Assembly (NCBI GenBank): GCA_049724395.1
Contig: JAUGWO010000016.1
Location: 1-64,000, forward strand
Source: Spongospora subterranea f. sp. subterranea
Taxonomy: Eukaryota
Length of the DNA: 64,000 bases
Reading direction: 5' to 3'
Positions 38,153 through 51,218 of the stretch are shown here, piece after piece. Under the pieces are notes generated by a model. The model had not been told where the DNA came from and made no database searches. It was given only the letters and a program-made list of their open reading frames with translations. Both the position numbers and the translations under genes were made by a program. The number at the start of each line of letters is the position of its first letter. Positions within the stretch are counted from its first letter, which is position 1.

Positions 38153-39402
38153 ATGTCGGAACTGCTAAGATCGGTAGCTAGTAAACAGCATAATAATTCC
38201 GCTCTTCGGCGGCCCGAACTTGGTAGAACTAGCATCGATCCAGATCAAGTATTTTGGTTTGATGACGGGAATGAATCTGGTACTGAAGGATTGATGGTTA
38301 GGTTGACCTATGTGATTCACATTCCCGATGTTTTTCCTGCCGTAACCGCAGTGCTTTATTGGTTGACGACGTTGTCATCACGCAAAGAATAACCAGTGCC
38401 GCTTTACATCGTGCTGGATACCACTGCGATCTGGCAAGCAATGGTAAAGAAGCGGCAATGCTGGCCAAAGAGAATATATATCAGGTCATTTTAATGGATG
38501 TGCAATTACCGGTCATGAACGGTGTCGATGCCACCATGCTCATCCGACAGAATGAAAAGGAGCACGATCGTCCGCATACCATTATCTACGGGTTGACCTC
38601 CAGTTGCAGCGATTTCGATCTGACCAGATACAACGAAGCCGGAATGGACGGATGTGTGGAGAAAGGCAGTATTGTGTCGAGAGCGATGCATGAAGCACTG
38701 GCCGTGACCAAACAGAATCCGGATGATTTCGTGTTCATCAACTCCAGAAACGTTCAGAGCATCAAGAGAAGATGTCATTTCGAGCTAGATTCGCTCCCTG
38801 CTGTTTTCAACGATATGGAAGACGAGAAAGAACAACGGACACAGAACTTGAAAACGCTATCATGTTCTTTATCTGTGGAAAATGGAAACCCGACTGACAC
38901 AAGGTCTTCAAGACTGCAGCAAAGAGCATTACTTGTTGATGACCTGAAAATTACTCAAAAAATTACCGCGTCAGCATTAGAACGATCCGGATTCGCTTGC
39001 GATATGGCGCCAGACGGAGAGACAGCGGTTCAACTAGCGTGCCAGAACGTCTATTCAGTTGTTCTTATGGATGTCCAGGTTCGTCGTCACGAATTTTTCT
39101 GTGTCGTTTGGTAAACGCTCATATCTTTTCTTCAGCTCCCTGTTCTCGATGGTTGCGAGGCCACGAAAAGGATTAGGAATTTTGAACGCCAAGCCAAACG
39201 TGTTCCCACGATAGTTTTTGGGTTAACTGCCAGCTGTAGCGAATCGGATCTGAAGCGGTATAGCGAGTCCGGAATGAATGGTTGCATCGAGAAAGGATGC
39301 GTCGTATCACGTGCGATGCATGAAGCTCTTGCCATGCACATTCAAGACCCCTCGCAATTTCTCTTTATCGATGCCCAGAATGTCCATATTGGAATCCGAT
39401 AG
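38153..39402 (+). CDS. Protein with two tandem response-regulator receiver (REC) domains
   Basis: ALLVDD..ILMDVQLPVMNG..GLT..GMDGCVEKG and ALLVDD..VLMDVQ|LPVLDG..GLTA..GMNGCIEKG. Two introns. Confidence 0.9.
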
Positions 39403-39669
39403 ATTCGTATTCGTAGCGATTTGCATGTAAATAAATTCCTTATTTGTTAATAATACTACTAACACTCTCAAATGAAAACCAGAGCATTATCGAATTCTCT
39501 TCATCCAGGCTCCTACTTTCAATATCGGACTTCACTAAACCCATTTCGAAGCTGTGCCCCAGCAATGTTCGTCATTTTTCTTTCTGTACCGAAACTGAGA
39601 TCATATTGACATAATATATTAAATATTAATCAAAACCAAAGATTCTGGTAGATATAAACGATGCCGGTA

Positions 39670-41970
39670 TTACAATAAGGCTTCGATTTTGCTGACAAGC
39701 CCTTGAGCAGTGGTTCCAACTTCACCATCACGCTTAGCAAGCTGTGCAATCTTCTGAAGGATAGATGTAGTGATAATCGCTTGGCAGCCGTCGCAGATTT
39801 CCGTTCTGACGCCAAATTAATACAAACTGGTATGATTTCGTTTGTGACAATCCAGACCTTTCGTCCCGAGCAATGTCACACGCGGTTAACATCGGTTGTG
39901 TCCTAGTCGTGCGAATTACATTGGAGTAACACAGCATGAGCATTGAAAGACTATTCAACGATGTTCGAACATGATCTTCAAACCGACTGGCTAAAAGCGC
40001 ATCAATAATACGAAGAAGCAATGGACATAGCTGCAAAGTTAATGCTCCGCCACTGAATCGCCGCTCAGTTGCTGCTAAAAAATCGGATGCAACCGAATTA
40101 TCTTGCATACGAATAATTGACTGTAGTGCTTCCTGAATTCTACCTTGCGACCACAGCGAATCTATACATAAACATAAGCAAATCGGTATGAATTCGAGCA
40201 GCAATCTCACTAAGAAGCTTCAGTTGATTCATTCGAAAATTTAAAGCCAATACGACTGTGTCGTGATCAGCTAATAACATCAAAGACGCTTCCGCAGCTG
40301 ATATCACGTTTTCCGAGAGTGGGTCGGCCAGTAAGTTATCATTGCTTCGACGATCCCTCGATAGACATTTTGGAACTTCGTCGTCTTTCTTCGCTTTCTC
40401 TGGTTCAGAAAAAGCTCGAGATCCATCCAACTTGCTATGGCGTTGCGCAAAAGAGAGGTCTGGTCCCGACGTTGTTGGCGCAAAACGCACAGCGTCCGAT
40501 ATATCCTCATCGCGGTTGTGATGATGCTCAGATATACTCGGCCGATCCGAGGTACTGGTTGCAGACCATCTGGCAGAAGATGTGTTCTCCTTGCTACATT
40601 TCGCTAGTTTTGACCCGAACCGCAGCTCCGACTAAGCAGCAATTAGTTGAAATTTATCTGGATCAGGAACTTACTGGTACTGCAATCGAATGAATGGATA
40701 CAACCGTCCCTTGAACGGAAACTGAGACGATGGAGGGATCCTTGTTTACGGTTTCATATTCTTTGAAGCATATATCAGCAAGACATGCTAAAGATGTTTG
40801 TACATTTTCGGCCAGGCATCTGATAGGAGGATCATCGGCAGCAACAATCTGAAAGAAATTGTTATCGTAAAAACAACACTATGAGGCGTGAACAGGCTAC
40901 ATTCAATGCCATATCGTTTGCTGTAAGAATGGCGTCACCTGATCCGTTGAACACCAGCGCCTTAATCGGATCCGAAATATCAAAATCAACAAATGGACTA
41001 ATTTCTTGATCCCATATTTCGACGATTTCAAGTCTACCGGTTTCTGACCCGATCGCAAAAACCATATCGTTAGGATGAAAAGCTATAGAAAACTAACACA
41101 ACCGCGATCGCCAGCTGGTAACTCTCCTAACAGTTTGCAAGCAGTAAGATTCCACAACTGCAGTGCGAGTCAATTCCGGATTTGCAACTTTAAGGTCAAT
41201 ATTACCTTGATAGAACCCATGGCGTCGCCGACAGCAATGTATTGCCCATCAGGGCTATGTTTTAGTACGGAAATGGCGCATGAGTTGCCGGGGTATGTTG
41301 CAATCTTCTTCTTGTGGCGAGAGCTCCATATCTGAGGCATTCTGATGAATAATAACCCTGTTTGTCGCATTTACCAGAAGTTACCTCGAGTTTTCCTGTA
41401 GCAGAGCCAGAAGCGAAATAGTCTCCAAATGGGTGTGGATCAATGGTCGTTGTTGACCTGTCCTGACCACCTATTGCCCTCCTCAACGCTGCATTCATCT
41501 GTTGAAATGCAGAAATATATGACAATACATCGAGAAGTCACCTCCTCCATGATTCAGATCCCATATACGAATCGTACCGTCACGACAGCTAGATATTAGT
41601 ACGTCTTCAGTTGGGGTAAACCTAACGCACTCTACACCCGAAGAATGTCCTTTCAAACTCTAAGCGATGTATCAGGTTTAGACGAAATGTGAACTCAAAT
41701 AAGGTTGACGAAACTAGCAGAGGTCGAGGGGAGTCAAGTTTCCAGACGTTTACTGTGCGGTCGTCGGAACCAGTAGCAAGAACTTCCGAAGAAAAACGCC
41801 CAATATGAGCACAGTTGACAGTGTCTCCATGTGCAAAATACTCCCCTGCAAGAAGATCGTTGACATGTGACTTAGGCTATATGAGCGCAACACCGACGGA
41901 TTTTGGCTATTTGGATATCTTGTACTGCGCCTTCATGATCTTCGTGGACATAGGGTCCAGCCAAAGGCAT
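39670..41970 (-). CDS. KATNB1: Katanin p80 WD40 subunit B1
   Basis: EYFAHGDTVNC..LATGSDDRTVNVW, SLKGHSSGVECVRF and HPFGDYFASGS, plus a C-terminal con80-like region (DHDTVVLAL..DIARDER..C). One apparent frameshift near 41085. Confidence 0.88.
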
Positions 41971-42559
41971 GAATGTTGTTGAACCCTGAGCTACCTCGAT
42001 GGACCGACAGGCAATAGTTATGGGAATCTGGGAATCACTTTATCGGTTACTCCATATCTGAACACAAATCGAGGTCGACGACACGGGGGCAGCCTCCTTT
42101 AACTCACCTTAGATACACTATTACGTACACACCTTTAGTTGGCAAAAATTCGAGATCACCAGGCGTGCGACCGCCCTGGGATCTGACCTGCAATGCTACT
42201 GGTAAACCACATTGATTTTCACATGAACTAATCGACACCGTTTCGAATAATATTTGACCTCTTATGGAGATCAATGGCCCAGTCGTTGAGCCGATGCTCT
42301 CTTGAAACGTGTAGTCTCATGTGCGAATGCAATCATGTTACCCCACGTTGCATCAGCGGCACGTACCACAACGTGCAACGCGAGCAAGTGCGATTTCGGT
42401 TTGCTGCACTGTGTTTCACAGAGGAATCAATCCGCTCGTATCTTCTTGAATCGGGCCCATTCCACAATAAGGATCGGTCCGGCTTTCGCGACAGCAAGTC
42501 ATGAACTGGATGGGGACGTCCAAGAACCGGATCCAGAAGCGCAAAGCGACGGCAGCCAA

Positions 42560-44335
42560 CATGCAACGGTACTGCTCGTCGTCGGTGTATTTCTATTTAG
42601 ATAAATCTAATATTGCTGATAGGCAATTCTTTGTCAAGCGGAAAATGGAGAATATTGGAGGCCATGAGCGTAATCCCATTTTTTGGCTATGGCTTTTCGT
42701 TTTACCTACAGAACTGCGTAGAAAAAAGCGATATCGGGAATGACTTACAAAACATGTCTGAATCCGGAAACTACAATCTTTTCGATTTGCACCGGGTTCC
42801 ATCCGCTCGTACTAGCAGAACAAATGCAGGAGGTATCAGCAGAGCGCTTTTTGTAACCCAAAATGATTATACCTAAACATAGAAGTACCAAACTCATCGG
42901 AACGTGGAAACGTCCCGTATAGCGGGTATGCTCCTTCGCAGCCATATCTCACAGAACAAGACGTTGGGAAGAAGGTATTATTTATACCAAATGGCAAAAC
43001 ATCAGCTCGCGCGCCTTTATCAAGGAACATTGATCCATGCAAAGAATATCGACAAGAACCACTATTGTATCAGCAAAATCGAGGACGATATGGAAATGGC
43101 GAAACGATGAATTTGCCAGAACGATATGATGACGGTTTGGTACATGAGCCATTGCGGTCTTTTGCAAGTCTTTATTAAACTTCCTTCAGACTGGCCATCG
43201 GTCAGATAGTCCAGAGCAGGATGCTTTCGAGAACGTTTTCATCGACCCGGACCTTCAGTTAAATTCGTGTCGTTACCGGTTGGCCTATCTAACTTATTTT
43301 AAGGCAACCATGCCAAGACCGACGATCAAGGTCTCCTTCTCGTTGGATTTCAGGAGGTCTGTCGTGTAAGGCGCATACCGAGCTGATCACTGAAAACTTT
43401 CCAAATTCGTTCGGGACATGTTGTAAACACGCGACGGAATCGCTGCGACATCGAATAGATGAGCTTCAAAATGCTGTTAGAACTCAGCAGGTATTGTATA
43501 AGTTTGATCTGAAATCCTCAGTTTTGATCATGACTTATCGTAGCTAGAAATCCAGAGGTTAACTACGTTAACGCGGCAATTCCAAATTGACGCAGAATCA
43601 ATCCACCCGGTAACGGCGACACCTTCATCAGACTTGGTTTCTCACCGCCGTAATGAAAGCTTCGATTCCAGTTATGTTATTCAGCAAGCTCATATTACTT
43701 ATACTCACTCCCGTATAGACAAAAGAATGTTCGAGAAAACAGAAATTTCCTCAAGCAAAGGTATGCCAGGACATTTACTGATCGGTCGACATAATCTCAA
43801 TATGCTGGAAGACTTTCAAGTTAGAAACGTTCAAAATTGTTTCAGAATTCTGACAGAGTTACAGGAAAGTAACCAGATAGTAGAAAATAGTTTTGGACGC
43901 CACAGAGAAGTTCCTCCGTCCCAAATAACAATCAACATTTGTACTGGGCCAGTTGCATGCAATGCAGATTTCCGTAACGCATTGCCATCCCGGCGAAGAC
44001 AGCCGCTGGCTCCGTTTGGCGGTTATGGTACGAAAATGATCCATCAATGTTGGAATATTATTTCAAATTTCGAACTCAGATCAAGCAACAAAATCAGCCA
44101 GCCCTACCGGTCCAACATCGGTAAGGACTCATGTTAATTGGAACCCATTGTTCAATCTCGGCAATAGAGCCTCATTGACGCAGGAATTGTATGGGCCCAG
44201 GATGCGGTACGGACTCGAGGCTATCAATGCGGTCTGTCTTCCTCTTTAATACAATTGAAAGAAGGAAGAGATCTGAATACCGGCCAACGCCAGCAAATTA
44301 TGCATGGCTCACCCAGAATTGAGGAGGTCGATTAG
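42560..44335 (+). pseudogene. Heavily decayed HSP70-like remnant
   Basis: Fragments LNPETTIF, RLYQG..KNHYCISKIE and QIVENSFG, with terminal PRIEEVD* (44312-44335) followed by AATAAA. Many stops and frameshifts. Confidence 0.45.
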
Positions 44336-44410
44336 TAAACGTCTACCTTTAAAATAAATGTTGTTTTACAATGTGCCATCTCTGGAAATATCGATTTGAT
44401 TGAATTAAAT

Positions 44411-44929
44411 TCAGGAATCTGATCCATCAAAAAGCCAGCTGGCGATAGAAGCATTGCGTGCCAGCTCCAATTGCTTGGCGAGACGTCTGCCATGATCCTC
44501 TAGCAACTGAATTTGCTGGTTGCGGAGGTCAATAACCTCGCCCAACCTGGTAATTTCCCTGTTTTGATCTGCTGAAAATCGACTCAACTCAGCTAACTCA
44601 CGATCTTTTTCGTCCTTCTTTGTATCCGTTTGCATGCCTTTTCGGTTTTCTAGCTGCGACACTATGTCCAGAAGTGTGCATATTTCTTCGTCCCTACTAA
44701 CTACCGTTTTTTTCAAATTCAAAATCTGTCGACCTTTGTCAGCTGAATCGTTTTGCAACGACGTTATCTGGCTCTCGTATTGATTTTTAAGATCGTGACA
44801 CATCGAGTCCATACTCGTTTGCAGCCTAATTGACAAATATGATGCGTTGGACGGATTTATTCGGTAAAACCAAAATTACCTCATATTTTCTTGAGCGATG
44901 GACACAAGACAATCGATATCAGGATCCAT
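44411..44929 (-). CDS. Small coiled-coil protein, two exons
   Basis: MDPDIDCLVSIAQENMR|LQTSMDSMCHDLKNQYESQI with heptad repeats. Confidence 0.65.
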
Positions 44930-46010
44930 GATATAATCCCCCCAATTCATTCCAGCCCGGAGCGTTATTGTTTTTAGCGATTACTGCTGGCGGCCGAGAA
45001 ATCGTTTGGGTGGCGATGCTGGTTGCACAGCGGGGCTTCGGATCGGGAGAAACTACGAGTTTATGGCGCGGGGTCCATCGTTTCAGTGATCGCTTCATGC
45101 CCTTTTCCAAAAATCCTGTCAATTAACACAAAAAACAATTCGAGAGGTTTTCATTGAGCTTCATTCTATCATTGGTCATCCAGTCAGTGACGGAAAACTC
45201 CTTTTGGCGACGATTCTAACTGCCAACCTTTGACTTGATAAAATCTCAGAAAAACAAGGGTACGTGTTATTGTAGCAAACCGCTTTTTTAACCAGGAATT
45301 TTCTTCGTAGTGCTTGAAACTTGATAGGGAGTCCGACCTGTCAACCCGGTGGGACGACGCTCGACCATGACATTGCGGTGTTAAGCCATTGCTCAACGGA
45401 TCCAAGGACAGAAGCTGTATAACCTTTAAGTAGGTACGGGCGACCCGTCTTCGCTATAGAATCCCCACGCGGGTTTGGCAAGCGATTGTCATTTGTCGAA
45501 TTAGGTTCATTGAACTATCTAACACGCATAGAAACTGCTATGAATGTCCAGCCTACTACTTGCCTGAATTATCATAAAACCTGGGTTGTTCAGTATGTTT
45601 ATGCAACATTTTTCTGGTGAGAAACGAGTAATAATCTCTTTACGGTCATGAAAATCTGACTCAGTGTCACCTTGCCAGTGCAATCAATGAATGTTCTCAT
45701 TCATTGAAGAGGAAAAACCGATCAGTTTGCGAAATCCAGGCGAAACTCATCAGGTTATATTCTAACGGAAGACGCGGCACCTTTGCAAAAACGCTCATTA
45801 GTTTTACTTTCAAAAATTGGATCCGCTAGTAACGAGGCTCATAACTCATTCTTCATAAAAAATCAATGCTGGATAAATGGCCGCGTTGCTCATTCTCTGT
45901 GAACCATTCTCAGAAGAAGCCATATTCTGGTGCGTTGTAGGATGTCATGAAGAATATTGCGCCAAACCAGCATCGTTTGTAGTGTTGCTGTTGAGGGGCC
46001 GAACACTTGC

Positions 46011-46452
46011 TAGAGGTGTTCACGGCTACGGCTGGCCGGCTAAAAGATTGTTTCTTAGCCGGTTATTCTGACACTAGTGAACGATCTTGTTTTACTGTTG
46101 ATTTAACAGAAAAGTACAGTACTGGGTATTTTAATTATTTATCGAGCGGTTCGACGAACGAAGCTTCATCATTATGAACATCTCGTCCTTCAGTCGTGAC
46201 CTGCCGAAAACCACGAGATGACTGCTGTCACACTCTTGGATGGCACAGATGATCCCATGCATATCAAAGCAACGCGCCAGCAGTGCATTTCTTGAAAAGC
46301 ACTGAGGCCCATCATATGCATTACGTCGTCGCAGGTACGTATCATCTTCTACTTTTCTGTCCGTGAAAATAGCCGGCATAGCAGTCAGTTGAGTGTCAGA
46401 TGTCTTTTTTGCCCGGCTAACCGGTAGCCGTAGTCGTAGCCGTGGACACCCC
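46011..46452. mobile_element. Non-autonomous hAT-type element (MITE) with 8-bp TSD
   Basis: ACACTTGC flanks both ends (46003-46010 and 46453-46460). TIRs read TAGAGGTGTTCACGGCTACG versus GGGGTGTCCACGGCTACG. Subterminal CGGCTA/TAGCCG repeats. Confidence 0.82.
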
Positions 46453-46654
46453 ACACTTGCGTTGACATACTGTTGACATCAGCGCGGTGACCATTTTACG
46501 ATACTTCTGCGCAGTCGTAACAGGTGTACACTCTGGTACAGTGTTTCCCTGTACAGTCACTGTCCGATTTCGTCCAGAACGATCGCGAGATTTCCGTTTC
46601 TCGCTCATTTATCGGATCAAGTTCAGTACTGTAGTTCGTCGCCAGTACCTTGAA

Positions 46655-47619
46655 ATGCCAGCTCCCCGCATCTGCCCATCTTTATTGGCGGCCGATTTTG
46701 CAAATCTGGGTCATGAGGTTGATCGCATGCTCGACGCTGGTGCAGACTGGATGCATGTCGACATAATGGTTCAATTCAACCTACTTGCTCGTGACAGTTC
46801 TTGAAGTTTTGTTTTCTTAGGACGGGTAGGTGCAATTTTGTGTTGAGTAAGGGCGTTGGGCGATATCATGATGATCTCTTATCAGACATTTTGTCCCCAA
46901 TATCTCGATGGGGCCGCCAATTGTTGCCAGTCTGCATGGGTATTCTAAACAGGCATTTCTCGACTGCCATTGCATGGTGTCAAATCCATTACAATGGGTT
47001 CAGGTTGTTTGCTAGTGAACATGATCGGTTGTTAATGCAGTTCATTTAACTGGTTTTTCTTATAAAGCCTCTTGCATCAGCTGGCGCTTCACAAATGACG
47101 TTCCATCCGGAGTCGTTTGATAACCTTGAACAAGCTGACCATGTCATTGACGCTGTTGTATCAGCGGGACTCAAATGTGGATTAGCCATAAAACCTAATA
47201 CTCAGCTTGATGATGTATTGCCGTTAATTGAGAAGTATTGATCAGTCACCAAATACGTGAGGTTAGCATCTTATTTTTTACAGGCGAATTTCCTCGATCG
47301 AAACAATATTAGTGATGACGGTGGAACCAGGTTTTGGAGGACAAAAGTAAGTTTTTAGCTCTACAGATGTTTTCTTCCTCACAACGCTTCTAGGTTCATC
47401 CACGATATGATGGACAAGGTTCGATTACTTCGAAAATCATTCCCTGATGTCAACATTCAAGTTGACGGGGGTCTCAACCTTGACACAACGATAGTAGCAG
47501 CAGAGGCTGGAGCGAACTGCATTGTCGCAGGTACTGCCATTTTTTCATCCGACGATCCATCAGAAATGGTTGAAAAGCTCAGACAATCCGTCATCGATGG
47601 AAATAGGATTCCTACATAG
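46655..47619 (+). CDS. RPE: Ribulose-phosphate 3-epimerase
   Basis: [56 protein letters not shown] and [13 protein letters not shown]. Confidence 0.96.
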
Positions 47620-47679
47620 GTTGAGTTGGATAAACTACTTCAACCCAATCACTCTGCCGATTCTTTATTTCTTTGATTC

Positions 47680-49530
47680 TCAATGGCAATCAAATATTCT
47701 TCGTCGAACGAAACCTGCTTTTACTCCAATGGCGAGCAGATCGTTGTCGTCACAATGAGACAATGTAACGCCGTCGATCTCAAATTCCTTGAATCGCCGA
47801 ACATTCTCGGCATTAACATGATTGAGACGCAACCATGCCGAAACCTTTTTGAATATATGATCAGCCCGAATCAGGTATGCGCGGAAATTACGGTGCAGCT
47901 GTACCTGTTCACAGCTCCATGATTGCATCTTCTTGTGATGTTCCGATTGCACATTCAATTTGATAATGGCGTCCAAATAGCGTTGAATGTGCTGGCACGC
48001 CTTGCCAGCTACTTCAAAAGTTTCATCAATATCTATTGCTTGGCGGAAATTGACGAGCGCCTCACTGGGCCTATCCAACAGCTTGAGAATTCGTCCTAAT
48101 GGGTCCGTTGGTGTATCGGTTAGTTATCGAGAACTTCAAAATACCTCTAATGTAAAAAAGAACAGCGGTCGCTGGAGACAATATCAACCCGCGATTCACA
48201 CATTCCAGCGCTTTGTGCAATTTCCCGGTCGCTATAAGTGCTAGCGATTTCGCCATCAACAGGCTCGCGTCCTCGGGAGTATCCGTGCAGCAGCTGATCA
48301 CGGCGTCGTAATTTCCAAGAAGTAATTGCTCGAATACTCTATTGGCTGGTTTGGTTCTTTTTGGAAGAAGCCCATGTTGAACCGTCTTTGGCTTTGATAT
48401 CAAAGCATCAATTCTGCAGACGTTAAGCGGTCACTGTCTGGTTCTAAGAAAAATCTCATAATCAGTCTTACTGTTTGGCGTGTTTGTTATCTGGTTGCCG
48501 TTCCAATACAAAGTCGACGTCGATTTTGGCACCGTCGTTCAAACTCATAATACGTAATAAGTCTGCTCTGCTGACCCGATAGTCGAGATTGTTCGGGTCT
48601 TGTTGTATGGCAATATTCAGATCCGCTTCAGACGCGTCCAGTTGTCCGATACGTCGATATGCATGAGCTCTGAGCCAATACGCAAACGAAGGCGCATTAG
48701 GGAGGAGCATCGCTTGCGTTAAGTCACTGATTGCTAACTGCTCCTTCATGACGGAAATGTTCGCGATGGCCCGATCGATCAAAACGGATGGGTCGTTCGG
48801 CCGGTCCTTTCTGCATTCTAGGTAATCACATAGCGCCAGAGATATGGCTGAACCGCCTTGCAGCTGGTGAACCCACGCTCGAAACTGTCGGGCATATGAA
48901 TTACTGGGATCGGCAACTAGTGACTGATCCGCAATCGAGATGGCGCCGCTTAAGTCTCCTTTCGATAAACATGATAATGCGCTGTGAATCGACATGATGC
49001 TCTTCGAAAATATCATGTCGAGCACAAGCCCATAAATCTAGTCAAGATAAAATGAAAATTGGGGTTTTCATGGATAGATTTGGTGTTTATAATTATTGGG
49101 TGGTTAGGTTGGGATTGGTTATTGTTCAGAATCGACCTCTTGGATGCCAGGGTATGGCGTCTTGCTGGAACGTCCTCTGCCAAGGAAGGCATCTGTGGTG
49201 GCTTCGACATCGGCAGTTGGTTTTGCGTCGAATACACCAACGAGGAGGTTCATGTCAATCGCGGGCTGATCCTCTGTATCAGCCTCTGCAATCTCCATAC
49301 GGTCCGACTCCTCGAGCCGATCATTGGCAGCTTGAATCTCGGGCCAGGAATCTTCGTACTCGATCAAGCAGCGACGGAATCGATTCGTTTGTCGTCTGGT
49401 TCAGCTGCAGCTGCAGAAGATCCTTGCTCAAGCTCGAGGAAGGAAACACGGCCGGCGACGAGAACGGCGTCGGACCGGGGTTAGGGGAATCGTGACACTT
49501 ATCTACGGAAGACCTCTTCAACGTTGTCAT
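47680..49530 (-). CDS. TPR-repeat protein with C-terminal SAM domain
   Basis: TPR helices (AYWLRAHAYRRIGQLDASEADLNIAIQQDP). SAM-like WSCEQ|VSAWL..FKEFEIDGVTLSHCDDNDLLAIGV. Confidence 0.82.
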
Positions 49531-49719
49531 TGAACTCGATCAAAAGTCCAAATGGTGTTGACGCGGCGATTAATATTCCGCGCAATATTTCTCATCATAC
49601 CACAAACGCTGTCAATCAACATAAATAGCGTAGGTCGATCAACGCAATCTTGCGAAGTCCCTGAGTCGTTAATTGAAAAACCGCGTCCATCAAGATTCAA
49701 AAACTGCGCAGACCATCAA

Positions 49720-49960
49720 CGCGATCTTCAAAATCACGTGACAGCGCATTCGATTTTCTACCGATCAACCAGGGATATCTACCTAGGGTAGCATCGATCT
49801 ACCATGTTGAGTGATTTAGTGATTGATTACAGGTCTGAACTGTATTGCCGCCTTGAGAAGTCTCGAGCAAAACTAAATCATTACCCCGCTGTCTTGATTG
49901 AGTTATCAATGAATCGCGCTGAACAGATTTATTGGCGCCGGCCTGATCGAGGTATCTTTC
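49720..49960 (-). mobile_element. Possible decayed Ty3/Gypsy RNase H remnant
   Basis: AGANKSVQRDSL..VQTCNQSLNH..GRKSNALSR loosely parallels AExNY..ELL..TDHxSL..NxxADALSR. Confidence 0.3.
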
Positions 49961-50389
49961 AAGGATGGTTTTGTTTGGGACACCGACGAAAAAATTAGGC
50001 AATACGGGCTCAATCATGAATAAAGTCCCATATTACCTGAATTCGACAACTCTCATTAGGTATTGTACAACTGTGTAGCAGCAGACACAGATAGCACTAT
50101 ACAGCTGTGTCTGCACTGATGTAATTATAGTCTGAATTTTCCAATATGATCCTAAAACGCGCTCTCAGCATTCCAGTCATTTCATTTCTTTGGAGAGCTC
50201 ATACCTTTTATGACGATCGGAACAACACGAACGATTATTATCATCTGAATCGCCTTTCCGCGAAGTATATATTTCGACCTCAGTGTGTAATTCCTGTACA
50301 TCTTTTGCCAGAATCGATTATCCGAAGTGCTCAAGAACATTTTTACACTCGGGAGAACGCATTAGCAGGTAAAAAACTTTGTTATTTAC

Positions 50390-51170
50390 GATATCATGAC
50401 AATATTGATTCGTTGCCGAGACACATCAACGATGTTGTCGATGCTCTAGTGACAATGGCTGGCGATTATCACCCTGCCATCTGGCCGAAGTTCTTTCCGC
50501 ATTCAAGGTCACATCGGTGCGTTGGACGGTACTCGCATTCCAGCAACCCCAGCGTCAGGAAACGCTGTGCCGTTTTGCAGTGCCATTTCGGGACCGAAAA
50601 GGCTTTTTCAGCGAAACTGCCTTGCTGTTAGCTCGGTGTGTACTATCACAATGTGTACCCCCGGATGGGACTGATTTGCCCCTGATGGGTGCGGTTTTCG
50701 AGAGTGCCTGGTCGAGGGAACGCCGGATATGTCTGAAACAGTACGATGTCATCTCAAACAATGGGAACAAGGAAATGAAAGTAAACATCATCATCTGCAG
50801 TGAGCCTGATAGATCTCGCCCTATTCAACAGATCCAAAGCGGAAGAACCTTTCAATCTGTGCCACGATCAACTGCGAAACGTTCTTGAGAGAATGTTTAG
50901 GGTAATGAAAAAAGCGTTTTCCTGTGTTAACTGTCCCGCCCCTATTCATGTTAAGTGAAACTGGTGATAGCGCTCTGCGTCCACCGCAGTTTGATCAAAA
51001 ACAAAGCGGCGATTACTCGTTTGTGCAACTCTATGATGAAGAGCAGCAGACGGAGGCATCGGATGGAATGGTAAACAATCACCAGGCGTTTGATGTCTGT
51101 CAAGATCTGGCGAAAGAGAATTGCGGACATGATGTGGACTAATTATTTGATGCTTAAATCAAGAAACAAT
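50390..51170 (+). mobile_element. PIF/Harbinger transposase (HARBI1/DDE_Tnp_4-like) pseudogene
   Basis: Across frameshifts: RHINDVVDAL, IGALDGTRIPA, VPFRDRKGF, LRNVLERMFRVMKK and RIADMMWTNY. Confidence 0.85.
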
Positions 51171-51218
51171 CAACTTATAATGCCATCAATACGCTTCGTT
51201 TTAAGAAAACAACAATCG

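Noticed and set aside
46036..46078. Helitron 3' end (hairpin followed by CTAGT)
   Set aside because: It lies inside the hAT-type element and is explained by its subterminal CGGCTA/TAGCCG repeats.
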